A stretch of 32,000 bases of DNA from Candidatus Thorarchaeota archaeon (GTDB lineage Archaea > Asgardarchaeota > Thorarchaeia > Thorarchaeales > Thorarchaeaceae): assembly GCA_008080745.1 (NCBI GenBank), contig SHMX01000004.1, positions 300,001 to 332,000 on the forward strand, written 5' to 3'. The notes below the pieces were generated by a model. The model searched no databases. It had not been told where the DNA came from and worked only from the letters and a program-made list of their open reading frames with translations. Both the position numbers and the translations under genes were made by a program. Each line of letters begins with the position of its first letter. Position 1 is the first letter of the stretch. Below, one piece after another: positions 28,292 through 32,000 of the stretch.

Positions 28292-30124
28292 GTGCCTAAT
28301 TCACAACATCACAAGATAGCAGAAAAATTAAGAGAAGAGGAATGGTTCAAATCCACTCTTGATGCAATTCCTGAACCAGCATATCTTTTTGAACTTGACA
28401 ACGATGGTGATATTCGTCTTGTCATGATCAATCAGCATGTTCAAACATTAACTGAAGGTGCAATTCTGTCAGAGATCGGTTCCAAAATTGAAGATATTTT
28501 TCCAAAAACACCTGAAGTCCTCAATGCCATTCGTCATGCGGTAGATAAAATGAAACTTACACGAATAGAAGGACAAATGAAGGGGAGTGGCTTACATGGA
28601 GACCGTTGGTTCATCTGGACCGTTACACCCTTCTCAGAGAACACAATTCTTCTTATCACATCAGACATAACTGAGAGTAAAATCGCTTCCGAAGCACTGG
28701 AAGAAAGTGAGCGCGAAAAATCTATCGTCTTAGATTCAATGATACAACATGTGAATTACTATGGAACCGATGATATGAGCTTACTATGGAGCAACAAAGC
28801 AGCTGCTGATTCTTTAGGTTTATCAATTGATGATATGAAAGGAAAGACATGTCATGAACTATGGCACGGACGAGCTGAACCATGTGAAATTTGTCCAGTT
28901 ATCAAGGCTAGAGAAACAGGAGAGAAACAAGAGGCTGAAGTAATAACCCCTGATGGGAGATTATGGCACATAGAAGGTATACCCGTATTTGATGAGACCG
29001 AGCTTGTAGGTTTAGTTGAAATAACCATGGAAATAACTGAGAAACGGAAAAGCGAAGAGGTGCTTAAGAAAAACCATGAGAACCTTCGTACTCTATTTGA
29101 CACAATCGACGATATGGTATTTATTCTATCAAAAGATGGGCTAATACTGGAGATAAACTCAGCAGTTCTCTCAAAATTAGGATATTCTCGAAATGAACTG
29201 ATTACAGAGAATTTTCTAATGGTCCATCCTCCTGAACAACACCAAGAAGCCGAGGAAATCATGCATGAGATGCTTGGTGAGACACGGGAATCTTGTAACA
29301 TTCCACTATTAACAAAGAATGGTGAGAGGATTCCAGTAGAAACTCAAGTAACCATTGGGCTTTGGGGAAATGAAACAGCGATATTTGGAATATCTCGTGA
29401 TATCTCTATCCAAGAAGAAGCTATGCGTCAAGTCCGAGAGGCTAAAATGCGAGTCGAGTTATTCAACGACTTGATGGTGCATGATCTAAATAACATCAAT
29501 CAAGGTGTAATGGCAGGTCTCGAATTACTTTTGTTTGATCCTGCCACCCCAAAACATTTCCATGAACGTATTGAGATTGCTTTGCAACAGATAAAGAGAA
29601 GTATCGATTTGATATCGAAAGTGCGAAAGTTCTCTCACGTAGATAAGGAACCTATCAGGCTAATTCCAGTAAAAGTGGTGCCCGTTCTCAAGAGTGCTAT
29701 TGAATCAAATCGTCATACTTTCCCAGACAAAAAAGTTCATCTGACCTTCTATGCACAAGACGAGGATATTCAGGTTATGGCTGACGACTTCATCTATGAT
29801 GCCTTTTACAATATAATTCATAATGCCTTCAAACATTCCCGTTCCAAAGAAATCATTCTCGAAATTGAGGTTCTTCCGTTTAATAATGATTACATATCAA
29901 TCTCAATTGCAGATGATGGTCCTGGAATATCGGAAGATATCAAAGAGAGTCTATTTCATAGAATGGATGAAAAGAAAAGAGTATCTTCTGGAATCGGATT
30001 TACACTTGTAAATCGAATAATGGAACGTTGTCAAGGGAAGATCCTGATTGAAGATAGAGCTGTAGATGGTAGATCTCAGGGAACTAAATTTATTATACAT
30101 ATTCCCCGTGTGCGTGGGGGATAA
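28292..30124 (+). CDS. Cytoplasmic PAS-domain sensor histidine kinase (three PAS/PAC domains + HisKA + HATPase)
   Basis: PAS signatures (WSNKAAADSLGLSIDDMKGKTC, EINSAVLSKLGYSRNELI). H-box LMVHDLNN, N-box NIIHNAFKH, G1 IADDGPGI, G2 SGIGFTLV. No TM segment. Confidence 0.93.
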   Translation: MPNSQHHKIAEKLREEEWFKSTLDAIPEPAYLFELDNDGDIRLVMINQHVQTLTEGAILSEIGSKIEDIFPKTPEVLNAIRHAVDKMKLTRIEGQMKGSGLHGDRWFIWTVTPFSENTILLITSDITESKIASEALEESEREKSIVLDSMIQHVNYYGTDDMSLLWSNKAAADSLGLSIDDMKGKTCHELWHGRAEPCEICPVIKARETGEKQEAEVITPDGRLWHIEGIPVFDETELVGLVEITMEITEKRKSEEVLKKNHENLRTLFDTIDDMVFILSKDGLILEINSAVLSKLGYSRNELITENFLMVHPPEQHQEAEEIMHEMLGETRESCNIPLLTKNGERIPVETQVTIGLWGNETAIFGISRDISIQEEAMRQVREAKMRVELFNDLMVHDLNNINQGVMAGLELLLFDPATPKHFHERIEIALQQIKRSIDLISKVRKFSHVDKEPIRLIPVKVVPVLKSAIESNRHTFPDKKVHLTFYAQDEDIQVMADDFIYDAFYNIIHNAFKHSRSKEIILEIEVLPFNNDYISISIADDGPGISEDIKESLFHRMDEKKRVSSGIGFTLVNRIMERCQGKILIEDRAVDGRSQGTKFIIHIPRVRGG

Positions 30125-30130
30125 TTATTC

Positions 30131-30496
30131 TTATCGAGATTCGTAGTCTTCTATTGCTTTATGCAATGCCTCTGCTGCAAGATTGCTACAGTGCATCTTT
30201 TGTGGTGGTAGCCCATCTAAAGCCTCAGCAACCTGACTACGTGTAATCTCCTTTGCTTCTTCTAAGGTCTTACCGATTGCCATCTGTGTCGTCATAGAGG
30301 AGGTTGCAATTGCAGCTACACAACCAAATGTTTCCACCTTGATATCCTTTATCACACCATCAATGACTCGGATATACATTTTCAGCATATCTCCACAAAC
30401 GGGATTTCCCACAGTTCCTACGCCGTCAGGGTTTTCCATTTTTCCCATATTTTGGGGGTCTCTAAAATTTTCCATTACCTTTTTGGAGTATGCCAT
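30131..30496 (-). CDS. iscU: Fe-S cluster scaffold IscU/NifU-N
   Basis: YSKKVMENFRDPQNMG, GNPVCGD, FGCVAAIATSS, PPQKMHCSNLA. All three Cys plus the conserved Asp and His are present. Confidence 0.97.
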   Translation of the reverse strand: MAYSKKVMENFRDPQNMGKMENPDGVGTVGNPVCGDMLKMYIRVIDGVIKDIKVETFGCVAAIATSSMTTQMAIGKTLEEAKEITRSQVAEALDGLPPQKMHCSNLAAEALHKAIEDYESR

Positions 30497-30555
30497 TGAG
30501 AATACCTCTTGTTTTCCCGGTTAATTGGTATCTATAATATTTGCTCTGATGGCAT

Positions 30556-31773
30556 TTACCAATCATCTTCTGGGAGATCGTGATGATGATCATGCTCATC
30601 AGAATCGTCATTTGCAAAATATACTCCTGTTTTGAGTGGGCTAAATTCTCTCAGTCTTTCTACTGCAGGAACTAATGATTCTACTAATTCATCTATTTCT
30701 TCTAGAGTGTTATATCTGGAGAATGACACTCGAACTGACCCATGTGATATTTCAGGGGGAAGTCCGATTGCTTTCAATACATGACTACCCTGCAGAGTCT
30801 TTGATGAACATGCTGAACCAGTAGAAACAGAGAAACCATCCATATCTAATTGGACTAGTATTGATTCTCCTTCTATTTGTTCTATAACAATACTGAAAAT
30901 ATTAGGTAATCTCTTTTCCGGGTGGCCGGTTACTCGATAATCTGTTAGATTTTCTGCTAGCTTTTCCTTTAGATGTTTACTAAGTTTTTCAAAGTGTTCA
31001 ATCTCATTGGCACTCCAGATTTCCACTGCTTTCGCAAAACCCACTGCTCCCGGAATATTCTCAATGCCTGGTCTCAGCCTTCGTTCTTCGTCTCCACCTT
31101 GCGTAATATTGGATATTTTGGTCCCTCTTTTGATATAGAGCACTCCAATCCCTTTAGGACCATGGATTCTGTGTGCGTCGATACTAATCAAATCCACAGG
31201 AATTTTCTTTGTATCCAATGGTATCTTCAAGTAACTTTGGCTTGCATCTGTATGAAATATTATCCCGTTCTTCGATGTGATCTTTGCAATATCTTCAATG
31301 GGTTGAATGGTGCCAATCTCTCCATTTGCATGTTGGATAGATATTAGAAATGTATCCTTTTGGATTAAATCTTTGAGATGGTCAAGGTCAACTCGTCCAG
31401 TTTCATCAACATTGACAGTGTCGATTTCAAAATTAAATTCCTTCAATGAATGAATCGTCTTTAGTACCGATTGTGTTTCTATGGGGCTAGTAATGACATG
31501 TTTTCGAGAACCGCTCTTTGCCTTTACTGACCCTTGGATAGCAATATTGTTTGATTCAGTTACACCTGATGTAAAAACAATTGCTCTAGAATCTGCATTA
31601 AGGGATTCTGCTATTATCTTTCGGGCATTTTCCAGTCCGGTTAATGCCCCAACATCTTGTGCATGACTTAGCTCAAGTCCTGCGGTCCCATAAAACTCCC
31701 GAAAATAAGGGAGCATGGCTTCAATGACTCGTTCGTCAACTCTGCTTGAATTTGCACTATCAAAATATGCCAT
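30556..31773 (-). CDS. IscS/NifS-like cysteine desulfurase homologue lacking the PLP-binding residues; His/Asp-rich tail
   Basis: Fold-type I motifs TSGVTESNN, HTDASQ, GPKGIG, STGSACSS and GSVRVSFSR are present, but EH->ET, NNEIG->NGEIG, SxHK->DAHR and RSGT->RPGI. Start placed at ATG 31773, directly after the upstream TGA. Confidence 0.88.
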   Translation of the reverse strand: MAYFDSANSSRVDERVIEAMLPYFREFYGTAGLELSHAQDVGALTGLENARKIIAESLNADSRAIVFTSGVTESNNIAIQGSVKAKSGSRKHVITSPIETQSVLKTIHSLKEFNFEIDTVNVDETGRVDLDHLKDLIQKDTFLISIQHANGEIGTIQPIEDIAKITSKNGIIFHTDASQSYLKIPLDTKKIPVDLISIDAHRIHGPKGIGVLYIKRGTKISNITQGGDEERRLRPGIENIPGAVGFAKAVEIWSANEIEHFEKLSKHLKEKLAENLTDYRVTGHPEKRLPNIFSIVIEQIEGESILVQLDMDGFSVSTGSACSSKTLQGSHVLKAIGLPPEISHGSVRVSFSRYNTLEEIDELVESLVPAVERLREFSPLKTGVYFANDDSDEHDHHHDLPEDDW

Positions 31774-31774
31774 A

Positions 31775-32000
31775 TCACTTGACACCGTCTTTACATGCCC
31801 TGCAATCCTCTGGAACATGTACACAGTGCTCGCGATGTATGTCACACATTATTCCCTTATCACGGAGAACCTTAATTATTCGATTAATCTCGTGAGTCAT
31901 ATTTTCGTAAATTTTAGACCTTTCTTCTTCGTTTTCTACTTTATCCCAAGTATCAAGAATTTTATCAACTGATTTGTCTATCTCCGGTTGGACCTCATCT
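31775..32000 (-). CDS. 3' end of an unidentified gene with a Cys/His-rich C-terminus (absent from the ORF track)
   Basis: Manual translation of 31999-31775: DEVQPEIDKSVDKILDTWDKVENEEERSKIYENMTHEINRIIKVLRDKGIMCDIHREHCVHVPEDCRACKDGVK*. The stop lies 1 nt before the iscS-like ATG. Confidence 0.8.
   Translation of the reverse strand, partial: DEVQPEIDKSVDKILDTWDKVENEEERSKIYENMTHEINRIIKVLRDKGIMCDIHREHCVHVPEDCRACKDGVK

Noticed and set aside
31774-31845. N-terminal extension of the IscS-like ORF
   Set aside because: This stretch is the 3' end of the upstream gene in another frame. MAYFDS at 31773 aligns with the normal IscS start.

Overview
Gene-dense window (roughly 39-40% GC by eye) with about 21 CDS and no rRNA, tRNA, CRISPR array or mobile element that I can recognise. 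Protein style (WD40/TPR/helical scaffolds, N-glycosylation sequons on surface proteins, GGAGG-type ribosome binding sites, frequent GTG/TTG starts, a TATA-like box) suggests an archaeon, most likely an Asgard (Thorarchaeia-like) lineage. This is inference: no marker gene lies in the window. Housekeeping genes are RidA, carbamate kinase, NAD-dependent DNA ligase, Amt, a crotonase-fold enzyme, a PAS histidine kinase and IscU. Two loci stand out. (1) A tightly coupled 12.3 kb three-gene surface operon (10493-22763) encodes a membrane-anchored protein with about 26 Ca2+-binding DxDxDG repeats, a 1939-aa secreted FG-GAP/NHL multi-propeller protein with apparently nested domain insertions, and a membrane-anchored papain-fold Cys-His-Asn enzyme with an FN3 domain. 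It is a candidate adhesion/matrix (or tethered effector) system. (2) The IscS homologue beside iscU has lost essentially all PLP-binding residues (Lys->Arg, His->Thr, Ser->Asp, Thr->Ile, Asn->Gly) but keeps the mobile-loop Cys, and lies directly downstream of a gene ending in a Cys/His cluster. It is a candidate PLP-independent Fe-S assembly module. Also notable are a WD40 + MIT/TPR-like + coiled-coil protein and a tandem palindromic operator flanking the TATA box of a padR gene.
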